A stretch of 64,000 nt of DNA, taken from contig JACPYI010000023.1 of the NCBI GenBank assembly GCA_016196115.1, positions 1,348-65,347 on the forward strand, written 5' to 3'. Below, piece by piece: positions 30,110 to 38,411 of the stretch. The notes beneath the pieces are model-generated. The model had not been told where the DNA came from. It saw only the letters and a program-made list of their open reading frames with translations, and ran no database searches. How positions within the stretch are numbered: position 1 is the stretch's first letter; each line of letters begins with the position of its first letter. Made by a program: the position numbers and the translations under genes. The DNA comes from Candidatus Sungiibacteriota bacterium (GTDB lineage Bacteria; Patescibacteriota; Minisyncoccia; Sungbacterales; HO2-52-23).

Positions 30110-31149
30110 AGTTCGCGCACCGTTATCCATGAAGGGAACTCGGGCGTTTTTGGCACGGGACGGGAGTGGTCGAAAAATCGCGTCTCGACAAACTCGCGGG
30201 CAGGTTCGTTTTTCAACGTCTCGTGAAATGCGATCGTCATGCGCCGGGCTCCGGCTTCATGCGCGCGCTTCAGCATCACGCCAAGCATCGCATCCTCCAC
30301 GCCGCGCCCGAATACGCGGCAGCTCATGAGCAAAGAACGGATATGCCATTGGTCTTTCTTTTTATCCACCAATGCGAACGCAATCACGCCATGATCCCCG
30401 AACTTATCCTGAAGCCGCGCATGGAAAACCGCGCTATCCGGACTGGCCATGGCCTTGGCAATTTCGGTTTCCGTAAAAGGCATCTTGTTGGTATTGAATT
30501 GATTCGTTTTTTCCGTCAGCTGCGCCAGACGCGGCATGCAGGATCCGTCGTCTTCATGCACGAAAAGCTCGAGTGCCAGGCCGTGCAAAAAATCTTCTTT
30601 GTTCCCGTGCTTCTTTTCCTCTTCTTTGCGGAGACGCTCGGTAACGTAAAAATTTCCGCGCATCGTATCCTCGTCGGTTATCGCATGAGACGCGAAACAG
30701 TTGAGTGAATTCAAAAAACTGGCGTATTGGGACGGATCATGCGGCATATCCGGCGTTTCAACCTCGGGCACCAGCGCGCGCGCAAGTTCACGGTTGGTCG
30801 GGTCGTCGTCGAGAAACACCATCGCATCAAGGCCGATGTTCAGTTCCCGAGCAAGCTCACGCAAATTTTCGGCTTTGTCGTTCCAATTAATGCGGGCAGC
30901 CGCAAAATGATTTTCTTTTAAAATCATGTTGGGATGCTTCCGAATGACTTCCCATGCCTCATCCGGATTATTCCTGCTATTGATGGCCAAAATAACGCCC
31001 CGATGATAATGATCGAGAATCGCCTGCTGAAAAGCGATAAAGCCGCTGCCCGGAGGATCAAGCGAGAGCGCGATGTTTTTCATCCCGTCTTCGCCGACCA
31101 CGCCTCCCCACAGCGTATTATCAAGATCCAACACGAGACATTTCTTCAT
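30106..31149 (-). CDS. FkbH-like HAD-IIIC phosphatase/acyltransferase (carrier-protein loading enzyme)
   Basis: HAD-IIIC motif I LVLDLDNTLWGG, VFLDDDPTN (motif IV), plus about 150-aa C-terminal domain as in FkbH/OzmB-type glyceryl-ACP-forming enzymes. Confidence 0.7.
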   Translation of the reverse strand: MKKCLVLDLDNTLWGGVVGEDGMKNIALSLDPPGSGFIAFQQAILDHYHRGVILAINSRNNPDEAWEVIRKHPNMILKENHFAAARINWNDKAENLRELARELNIGLDAMVFLDDDPTNRELARALVPEVETPDMPHDPSQYASFLNSLNCFASHAITDEDTMRGNFYVTERLRKEEEKKHGNKEDFLHGLALELFVHEDDGSCMPRLAQLTEKTNQFNTNKMPFTETEIAKAMASPDSAVFHARLQDKFGDHGVIAFALVDKKKDQWHIRSLLMSCRVFGRGVEDAMLGVMLKRAHEAGARRMTIAFHETLKNEPAREFVETRFFDHSRPVPKTPEFPSWITVREL

Positions 31150-31173
31150 GGCATTGTCATGGTAACGCACATG

Positions 31174-31539
31174 TTAGCGCATTGCAACAGCCGCAGCCAT
31201 GGTGCGAGTATGGGCGATTGAAACCCGCACGGGAAGCTTGCGGCCGTTTTTCCACACATGCGGCGTGCCGTCTTTCGCATGGCGAATTTCCAGCTCCGCA
31301 AAAGGAAAGCGCGCCGTACCCAGCGCCTTGCTTGCCGCTTCCTTTGCCGCAAAAATACCGGCCAGGTGGATGCTTGGTTTTTTATATTGAAAACAATAGA
31401 GAATTTCACGCGCGGAAAAGACTTTTTTTAAGAACGCATGCCGCGGATTGCGGCTGAACCGGCGGAATCGGGAAACATCCACCAGGTCAATCCCGATGTT
31501 GCATGTTCCTTGCGCGGTGCGGCCTGACTGTGTAGCCAT
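31174..31539 (-). CDS. acpS: Holo-[acyl-carrier-protein] synthase (4'-phosphopantetheinyl transferase, AcpS type)
   Basis: IGIDLVDVSRF and FAAKEAASKALG, canonical AcpS motifs; about 120 aa. Confidence 0.8.
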   Translation of the reverse strand: MATQSGRTAQGTCNIGIDLVDVSRFRRFSRNPRHAFLKKVFSAREILYCFQYKKPSIHLAGIFAAKEAASKALGTARFPFAELEIRHAKDGTPHVWKNGRKLPVRVSIAHTRTMAAAVAMR

Positions 31540-31543
31540 ACGA

Positions 31544-32569
31544 TCACCGATGAAAACTTTTCTGCCACTCAATGGTACGCGAGAGGCCTTCCGAAAACGG
31601 CGTAAAGGTCATTGTTTTCATTTCCCGCTTTATTTTGGTGAGGTTGAGTTTTACAAACCCCGGGTCTTTTCCGATGTGGATCAAGGAGGAGGAGCGGGAA
31701 GGGACACGATAGGGCACCCTGCATTGTTGTGCAATTTTTTTTGCAAGATTACGCACAGAGATGCTCTCTTGGCCTCCCACATTGTACACCATATCGCGGC
31801 CGTGCAATGCCACAAAAAGGATCATGGCAACGCTGTCGGCAACATAGCCGTATGTCTTGACTGATTTTCCCGCATCAAGCAGCGTGATATTTTTTTCGGT
31901 CAGGGCTTTGTGTATAAACTCGCTCATCACGCGCTTGTCTCCGGGCGGAAGCCCGGGGCCGTAGCTATGCGAGATGCGGACGATCTTGACATCCGCACCT
32001 TTGTCTCGCGTGTATGCCGCGCACAGCGCCTCGCCAAGCCGTTTTGATTCCGCATAGACGGACCGGGGCTTGTGCAGGGGGCAGTTACCGTTGAAATCCT
32101 CGCGAGTCGGGCGAAACTGCGCAGGGATATCGCCGTAGATTTCCGCAGAGCTGAAAAATAGAAATGTGGCGCGAGGCGATCCGTCCAATAATCTTTGCAC
32201 CGCGTCGGTGTTGACCGCGATCGTTGACCCTGGATCCGCAATGAACCGCGCGGGCTGACCATAGCCGGCAGCGTGAAAAATATAATCGTACCCGCTCAGA
32301 CGAAAAGGGCGCGACATGTCAATGCGCCGGTAGGAAATGCGCGGATCATCGGCGAGCAAATCCTTGAGGATTGATTTTGGCGCATGCAGGCCAACAGCAT
32401 GGATGGTGCAGTGCAGCTCCATTTCACGGTTGGCAAGCGAGAGTGTACTTACGATATGCTGCCCGAGAAATCCGCTTGCGCCGGTAATGAGAATCTTTTT
32501 ATTCCGAATTTTTTTGACATCCACCCGGCGCAAAATGTCGCGGCAATCGCGCTCAATAATGCTATTCAT
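31544..32569 (-). CDS. NAD-dependent epimerase/dehydratase (UDP-sugar decarboxylase/dehydratase-like SDR)
   Basis: KILITGASGFLGQHIV, YAESKRLGE (YxxxK). 8-bp overlap with the upstream TPP-enzyme gene. Confidence 0.8.
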   Translation of the reverse strand: MNSIIERDCRDILRRVDVKKIRNKKILITGASGFLGQHIVSTLSLANREMELHCTIHAVGLHAPKSILKDLLADDPRISYRRIDMSRPFRLSGYDYIFHAAGYGQPARFIADPGSTIAVNTDAVQRLLDGSPRATFLFFSSAEIYGDIPAQFRPTREDFNGNCPLHKPRSVYAESKRLGEALCAAYTRDKGADVKIVRISHSYGPGLPPGDKRVMSEFIHKALTEKNITLLDAGKSVKTYGYVADSVAMILFVALHGRDMVYNVGGQESISVRNLAKKIAQQCRVPYRVPSRSSSLIHIGKDPGFVKLNLTKIKREMKTMTFTPFSEGLSRTIEWQKSFHR

Positions 32570-34403
32570 GCGTTTCGGTTTTTTCGATTTTTGCATCGCC
32601 GCCCGGAAGCGGAGGGTTTTCCCATCCCTCGACCGGCTCTATGATCATATTTGTGCGAAATTCATCGCGGGGCAGGTACGGATACATGTCTTCAATGGGG
32701 GTGGCCCATCCGAACACGCGTGGCTCATAGGCATACCAGTCGCCGCAGTCAACATCGCAGATCAGAGGGCCGTCATAGGCAAGCGCTTCCTGGATCATCT
32801 TTCGCGCTTCATCGTTTCCGGTGAGCCGCCGGGCGGAAATGCCATATGCATCAACGATTTTTACAAAATCCGGAGTAACGTATCCTTTGGGGCCGGATGC
32901 CTCATAACGCCCCTCCACATTTGTTTCCTGAAACGCCCTGATGATGCCGTACATATGGTTATTCATGATAAACGTCTTCACCTTGATGCCGTAGGTACGC
33001 AGGGTCTGCACCTCCTGAATGTTCATGGTAAAACCGCCGTCTCCGATAATGCAGACGACATTTTGTTTTTTATCGGACGCAAACCACGCGCCCATGGCCC
33101 CACAGAAAGAAAAACCCATCGGTGAATTACCGTTGTTGGTGATATAGCGCTGCCCGTTTTTCGTCTCAAACGCATGATTGCCTGTTACGATATTTCCGCC
33201 GCAATCGGCAACAAGAATATCCCGTGCCTGCATCTCCTGCGACAAGATCCTCATGAACGCGTACGGATTCACGTGCTCATGAGACGCAAAAAATTCAGGA
33301 CGCACCGGATCATACTTGTCCTTCCATTCCAAGACCCGATTCGTCCACGACGATACGTCAGGCAGGGCAATACCGGTAAGTTTCTTTTCAAGGCGCTCAA
33401 GAAAAATTCTTGCATCGCATAAGATGCTCACGTCAAAAGGCACTTGCTGGAGTTTTTTCTGCACAAGTGCGGGATCAACATCCACCACGTATTTTTTTGC
33501 CGCGCGCGCAAATGTCTTTAGATTTCCTCCGGTGATGCGCCCCGATATCCGGCTACCCACCGCAAGCAGAAGATCGCTGTTTTGAAGGCCGAAATTACGC
33601 CCCCGTCCGCCGTATGTACCCACGCGCCCGCCGTAATACTCATAATCGGAAGGTACGACATCAAGCGCGTTCCATGTCGGAAACACGGGAATTTTGAGCA
33701 TGCGCCCCACCCGCTGCAGAAGCGCTTGGGCATGCGCAATGCCCACTCCTCCGCCGATCAGCATAACCGGACGTTTTGATTGCTGCAGATCGCTCAACAA
33801 CTCGTCTATCTTTTTATCAACCATCGCGATATCGTATGCTCCGCGGACTGCCTCGGCGTCAAATCCGACCATTTTTTCAGGATCCACCTCCACTTTCTGG
33901 AAATTCTGGGGAATATCAAGCAGCACCGGGCCGGGCCGGCCGTTGGTTGCAAAAAACATGGCTTTTTCGAGCTCATATTTTATGTCCTCTGGTCTGGCGA
34001 TAAGTTTTGCATACTTGGTGATGGGAGAGACGATTGCGACAATATCCGTCTCCTGGAATCCCACCTGGCGGATGGACGGATCCGAGCGCAGAAATTCCGA
34101 GTTGATCTGACCGGTTATGAAAATTGCCGGAACCGAGTCGTAGTAACAATTGCCGATGGGAGTTACCAAGTTCATGCCGCCGGGTCCGCTTGTTGCAATC
34201 GCAACTCCGGGCAGACCCTTGATCTTGGCATACCCTTCGGCCGCAAATCCGGCTGCCTGCTCGTGCATCGTTGCCACATATTGGGTTTTGTCCGTGCGCG
34301 TGAACGCGTCAATAAGGTACGCGTTGGCCGCGCCCGATACGACAAACATTTTGTCTATTCCGGCCTCTGCCAAATAGGTAATGACAAAATCGGCAAGTTT
34401 CAT
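32562..34403 (-). CDS. Thiamine-diphosphate-dependent enzyme, acetolactate-synthase-like (IlvB/YerE-like)
   Basis: 613 aa with all three TPP-enzyme domains; GDGGF TPP-binding motif (IGDGGFTMNIQE) and N-terminal Pyr domain. Confidence 0.8.
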   Translation of the reverse strand: MKLADFVITYLAEAGIDKMFVVSGAANAYLIDAFTRTDKTQYVATMHEQAAGFAAEGYAKIKGLPGVAIATSGPGGMNLVTPIGNCYYDSVPAIFITGQINSEFLRSDPSIRQVGFQETDIVAIVSPITKYAKLIARPEDIKYELEKAMFFATNGRPGPVLLDIPQNFQKVEVDPEKMVGFDAEAVRGAYDIAMVDKKIDELLSDLQQSKRPVMLIGGGVGIAHAQALLQRVGRMLKIPVFPTWNALDVVPSDYEYYGGRVGTYGGRGRNFGLQNSDLLLAVGSRISGRITGGNLKTFARAAKKYVVDVDPALVQKKLQQVPFDVSILCDARIFLERLEKKLTGIALPDVSSWTNRVLEWKDKYDPVRPEFFASHEHVNPYAFMRILSQEMQARDILVADCGGNIVTGNHAFETKNGQRYITNNGNSPMGFSFCGAMGAWFASDKKQNVVCIIGDGGFTMNIQEVQTLRTYGIKVKTFIMNNHMYGIIRAFQETNVEGRYEASGPKGYVTPDFVKIVDAYGISARRLTGNDEARKMIQEALAYDGPLICDVDCGDWYAYEPRVFGWATPIEDMYPYLPRDEFRTNMIIEPVEGWENPPLPGGDAKIEKTETHE

Positions 34404-34407
34404 ATGA

Positions 34408-35622
34408 TCATACTATGCTACCGCACAATGCGGCTTTGCGCAATCTCTGGCATCCTTCGCGGAGATTTTTTTCGGTGTTTGCGTAGCAGATCCGAACATA
34501 ATTTTTTCCGCAGGGACCGAATCCGGAACCCGGACATACGACCACGCCGTGTTCCTCCATGGCGTATTCCGTAAATGTATCTCCGTCCATGCCGGTCTTG
34601 GATACGTTGATCATCAGATAAAAAGCTCCGGCCGGTTTTGAAAATTCAAATTGCTTGATTTCTTCCAGCTCACCACAGGCAATATCGCGCAGCTTTTTAT
34701 ATTCCGCAAGGTACCGTCGGCTGAACTCGCGGCGGCGCTCAAGCGCGATCACGCATGCATCCTGCAAAAAAGGCGGGACGCACGAGACAATGGTCTGGGA
34801 GAGCAGAATTATTTTCTCAATCACCCGCTCCGGCCCCACGGCATATCCCACGCGCCATCCGGTCATGGCAAAGGGCTTTGAAAAACCATTGGTCACAATC
34901 ACGCGCTCGGCGCACGCATCAAGCACGCCGGGAGAAAAATGCGCGCCCTCGTATACCAGGCGCGAGTAGATCTCATCACTCAATATAAAAAGGTTATGAT
35001 CTTTGGCAAGCGCATATACTTTCGCAATGTCGCTTTTGGCGTATACGGCGCCGGTCGGATTTGCCGGAGAATTAAGCACGATCAGGCGCGTGTTGGGCGT
35101 GATACGTTTCTCAATCTCGGCCGGATCAAAGCGAAAATTATTTGTGTGCGTGACAGGCACGCGCACACCCTTGATCTTGAGCATCGCAAGCACGGCATTG
35201 TACGTGACAAACGCGGGATCGGTCAAAATCACCTCCTCTCCCGGATTCACGAGCACGGCAAGCGCATAATAAATCAAGGGGTTTGCGCCGGAGGTCACCA
35301 CGATTTGCGAAAGGGACGGGGTGAATTTAAAGTCCTCCTTCACTGCCTTTTGTATTGCCAGGCGCAGCGCGTATTCTCCGGACGAATCGCCGTAGTGAGT
35401 GCGCCCGGCTTTGAGCGCCGCAATCGCGCTTTTTTTCACTTCCGGCGGCATTTCAAGATGCGTGTCGCCTATTTCAAAATGGATCAGGTCTTTCCCCTGC
35501 CGCTCCAGATCCTTTGCCATTGCCAAAATCCGAAACATGGACTGTCCCGAAATCCTTTGCGCAAACCGTGAGAGCGGTATGGGTTCGTTTCTTTTCCGGA
35601 GATGCTTCATTGCCGATAGCAT
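34408..35622 (-). CDS. PLP-dependent aminotransferase, class I/II (aspartate-aminotransferase fold)
   Basis: SKPFAMTGWRVGY (PLP-lysine region SK..TGWR[VI]GY) and NPTG substrate loop. Start uncertain: ATG at 35622 or 35610; the ORF-track start is a TTG. Confidence 0.75.
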   Translation of the reverse strand: MLSAMKHLRKRNEPIPLSRFAQRISGQSMFRILAMAKDLERQGKDLIHFEIGDTHLEMPPEVKKSAIAALKAGRTHYGDSSGEYALRLAIQKAVKEDFKFTPSLSQIVVTSGANPLIYYALAVLVNPGEEVILTDPAFVTYNAVLAMLKIKGVRVPVTHTNNFRFDPAEIEKRITPNTRLIVLNSPANPTGAVYAKSDIAKVYALAKDHNLFILSDEIYSRLVYEGAHFSPGVLDACAERVIVTNGFSKPFAMTGWRVGYAVGPERVIEKIILLSQTIVSCVPPFLQDACVIALERRREFSRRYLAEYKKLRDIACGELEEIKQFEFSKPAGAFYLMINVSKTGMDGDTFTEYAMEEHGVVVCPGSGFGPCGKNYVRICYANTEKNLREGCQRLRKAALCGSIV

Positions 35623-35770
35623 ACTATGATTCCCGTCAATAATCAAACGATCAAAAAACCGGAAAAGTTACTTTTCCGGCATATCCTCTCCCAAAAAATA
35701 ACATAGAATCGCGGAAAAGGCAAATGACTCGAATCTTGTCACACTCGGCAGGTTGCGATACAATTGTCTG

Positions 35771-36544
35771 ATGTGGTATGCATTTTCAGTGCGGATGCGC
35801 AACAATTCATTTTTCAAACGGGTCATACGCAAGGGCAGAAAGTTAGCCGGGCTCAAATATGACGATGCCGATAACGCAGAATTGGTAAAGAGATATGCGC
35901 CCGGAAAATCGTTTGCCGATATCGGCTGCATGTGGGGAGTGGACGGATTTTTTTCCTTTCTTGCCCAAGATCACGGCGCGGTAAGAGTGGTGGCGGTGGA
36001 TGTCTATCCGGAAAGCACGAAGTTTGCGGAAGAGCGGGCCAAGCGAAACTCCCGGATACGGTTCGTGCGGGGCGATATCAATCTCCCCGAGATAACGGAC
36101 GCGATAGGCGTATGCGACGTGGTGTTTTGTTCGGGCGTGTTATACCATACGCCGGATCCGGTTCATCTGCTCACGCGCCTGCGCGCAATATGCAGCCAGA
36201 CCCTTATCCTTAATACCGCCTCTATTCCGGAAATGCCGGGCATCAGAAACGGGGCTGTCTTTTACCCATTTGTTGATGAGAGACAGAGAAAAATGTGGAA
36301 TAAAGGCATCGGCAGCCAAAAAGCCATTACCGGACCGTACGAGCCGGAAAGCGGTTACGGAAATTGGTTTTGGGGCATGACGCCAAGCGCCATTGAGTCA
36401 ATGCTCCGGTGCGCCGGATTTGAAGCAGTGGAGCGTTATGTCTCTCCGTTCCACTGCGTATTGGTCTGCCGGACAACTCCGATCAAATTCGTCGCCGCAT
36501 CCGGAGAGTGGACCACCCCAAAAAGCGGCAACTCCCTGAGATAA
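35771..36544 (+). CDS. Class I SAM-dependent methyltransferase
   Basis: FADIGCMWGVDG (motif I) and LILNTASIPE. Start uncertain: ATG 35771 or 35795; the ORF-track start is a TTG. Confidence 0.6.
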   Translation: MWYAFSVRMRNNSFFKRVIRKGRKLAGLKYDDADNAELVKRYAPGKSFADIGCMWGVDGFFSFLAQDHGAVRVVAVDVYPESTKFAEERAKRNSRIRFVRGDINLPEITDAIGVCDVVFCSGVLYHTPDPVHLLTRLRAICSQTLILNTASIPEMPGIRNGAVFYPFVDERQRKMWNKGIGSQKAITGPYEPESGYGNWFWGMTPSAIESMLRCAGFEAVERYVSPFHCVLVCRTTPIKFVAASGEWTTPKSGNSLR

Positions 36545-37371
36545 TGAGACAATTGATAAAAAATATTACCCCGCCAGTCGTCTACGCGTTTTTAAGGCGT
36601 ATGTTGCTCAAGCCAAAAGAATTCTCGCCCGTATGGAATACCCTCGCGTATGCGCCGATGGAAGGTATCCGGATCTTTTTTGATCCTGCCGGCCCATGGC
36701 AAAAAAAGATTATCGATAATACGTACGACTCGTTTCTTTTCGAACGATTGCATGCCGAGAATCTGCAGGGAAAGGTCATCTTTGACATCGGGGCGCACGT
36801 GGGGTTTCACTCTCTTTATTTTAGCCGGCTCGTCGGGCCCGAAGGAAAGGTCTGCGCATTTGAGCCCAATCCAAAAAATGTTGAACGGCTGAAATTGATC
36901 CGAGACGCGAATGAAGACGTAAAAAATATCATTTCCATCTTTGACGTTGCCGTGTCAGACTTCCCGGGTACCGAAAAGTTCAGTATGAACGAAGAGGTGG
37001 AAAGCGGGAGAAGTTCCGGGGGATTTATTGACACGGCTGATACTATATGGCCCAGACAGACATTTACACAAAGAGGGTTCACCGAGACAAACGTAAGAAC
37101 CGTCCCCATTGATCTTTTGAAAGAGGAGCTTGGAATTCCGGAAGCTCCGGACATTATCAAAATAGACGTTGAAGGCGCCGAACACCTTGTCCTCTCCGGC
37201 GCAAAGCATACGCTCGCAACAAAAAAACCGATTCTTTTTTTAGAAATTCACTCCATGCTCAATATGTTTTATGTCGTGTCGCTGCTCTCTTCACTTTCGT
37301 ACGAATTAAAAATCCTGAAACAGGAAAGCGATGGACGATGCTTTTTGGAAGCCCGCCCGAGAAACATATGA
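36544..37371 (+). CDS. FkbM-family methyltransferase
   Basis: IFDIGAHVGFHS (motif I) and IIKIDVEGAEHLVL (FkbM signature). TAATG overlap with the upstream gene. Confidence 0.75.
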   Translation: MRQLIKNITPPVVYAFLRRMLLKPKEFSPVWNTLAYAPMEGIRIFFDPAGPWQKKIIDNTYDSFLFERLHAENLQGKVIFDIGAHVGFHSLYFSRLVGPEGKVCAFEPNPKNVERLKLIRDANEDVKNIISIFDVAVSDFPGTEKFSMNEEVESGRSSGGFIDTADTIWPRQTFTQRGFTETNVRTVPIDLLKEELGIPEAPDIIKIDVEGAEHLVLSGAKHTLATKKPILFLEIHSMLNMFYVVSLLSSLSYELKILKQESDGRCFLEARPRNI

Positions 37372-38300
37372 GAAAAGCAGTAATTCTGAACGCCTCCGGC
37401 AATGAGCTTGCCAACCAACTGTGGAACTACGCAAGCATATACGCCTATACGCTTGAGCGCGGTCTTGTGCTTGAAAACCCCTCTTTTTTCGAATACGGCA
37501 ATTATTTTACTATGCCCCCGCCGAATATTTTTTTCAAATTGGCTTTTTTTCTTCCATTCACCGATTACACGAAACGCAAGCAATCTTTCAAACGGCGGCT
37601 CTGGAGAAAGTTCTACCGTTGGTATTCAAAAGCAATTACCTACGCACACAAAACAGCAGTCATCACTTCCGACAATAAGGACAAACTTCCGTTCTATCTC
37701 GCTCCGACACGCGAGAACGAAAAACTTTCACGCCTTGAACAGTCCGCCGACACCATTTATTTTGACGGGTGGCTCTTCAGAAATCCCGTTGGCCTGCAGA
37801 AATACAGAAAAGAAATAACGGAATACTTCAAACCGCGCACAGACATTGAAAAAGCGGCGGAAACCACGATAAAAAATCTGCGAGAAACATTTAAGAATAT
37901 CATTGGTGTTCATATCCGCCAAGGCGACTATGCCACATGGCGGGGAGGCACCTATTTTATTCCCCAGACACGAGTACGGGAAATTATGGACGAATATCTC
38001 GCGATAACCGATAAAAACGCATCAGAAGCATGCTTTGTCATCACATCAGACGGAATCATTGATACTTCCTTATTCAATAGATTACATATTTCAGTAAGCA
38101 GGAAAAACGCCGCGCATGATCTGTTGCTCCTTTCCAAAACCGACATCATTATCGGATCAAACAGCACATTCGGCGCTTTTGCCTCCTACTACGGAAATAG
38201 AGCATACGCAGTAATGCAGAAAGGGCCGATGGACTGGAATTATTATAAGGATAAAAAGAACTATTTTGAGAATAAATATGCGACTTTCGTCTATTATTGA
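37368..38300 (+). CDS. GT11-like fucosyltransferase family glycosyltransferase
   Basis: N-terminal GNELANQLWNYASIYAYTLERG (compare GNQMFQYAF) and HIRQGDY (compare the GT11/FUT HxRRGDY motif). ATGA overlap with the upstream gene. Confidence 0.6.
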   Translation: MRKAVILNASGNELANQLWNYASIYAYTLERGLVLENPSFFEYGNYFTMPPPNIFFKLAFFLPFTDYTKRKQSFKRRLWRKFYRWYSKAITYAHKTAVITSDNKDKLPFYLAPTRENEKLSRLEQSADTIYFDGWLFRNPVGLQKYRKEITEYFKPRTDIEKAAETTIKNLRETFKNIIGVHIRQGDYATWRGGTYFIPQTRVREIMDEYLAITDKNASEACFVITSDGIIDTSLFNRLHISVSRKNAAHDLLLLSKTDIIIGSNSTFGAFASYYGNRAYAVMQKGPMDWNYYKDKKNYFENKYATFVYY

Positions 38301-38411
38301 TTTTGTGGCATGGCTGGCACCTTTATCTTCTCATAAGCAGACAAAAAAATCAAAAAAACGGCCTTGCCATGCGGTCGCGGCAAGGATATACTGAGAGACA
38401 AGCATACATTC

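Noticed and set aside
32337-34574. Two long + strand ORFs (262 aa and 264 aa) antisense to the TPP-dependent enzyme
   Set aside because: The minus-strand frame encodes a full three-domain TPP enzyme with GDGGF. The + frames are Arg/Cys-rich with no motifs.
35668-35931. 87-aa minus-strand ORF overlapping the start region of the methyltransferase at 35771
   Set aside because: It is a short ORF on the opposite strand from a motif-bearing gene, in a divergent promoter region. It shows no RBS and no domain signal.
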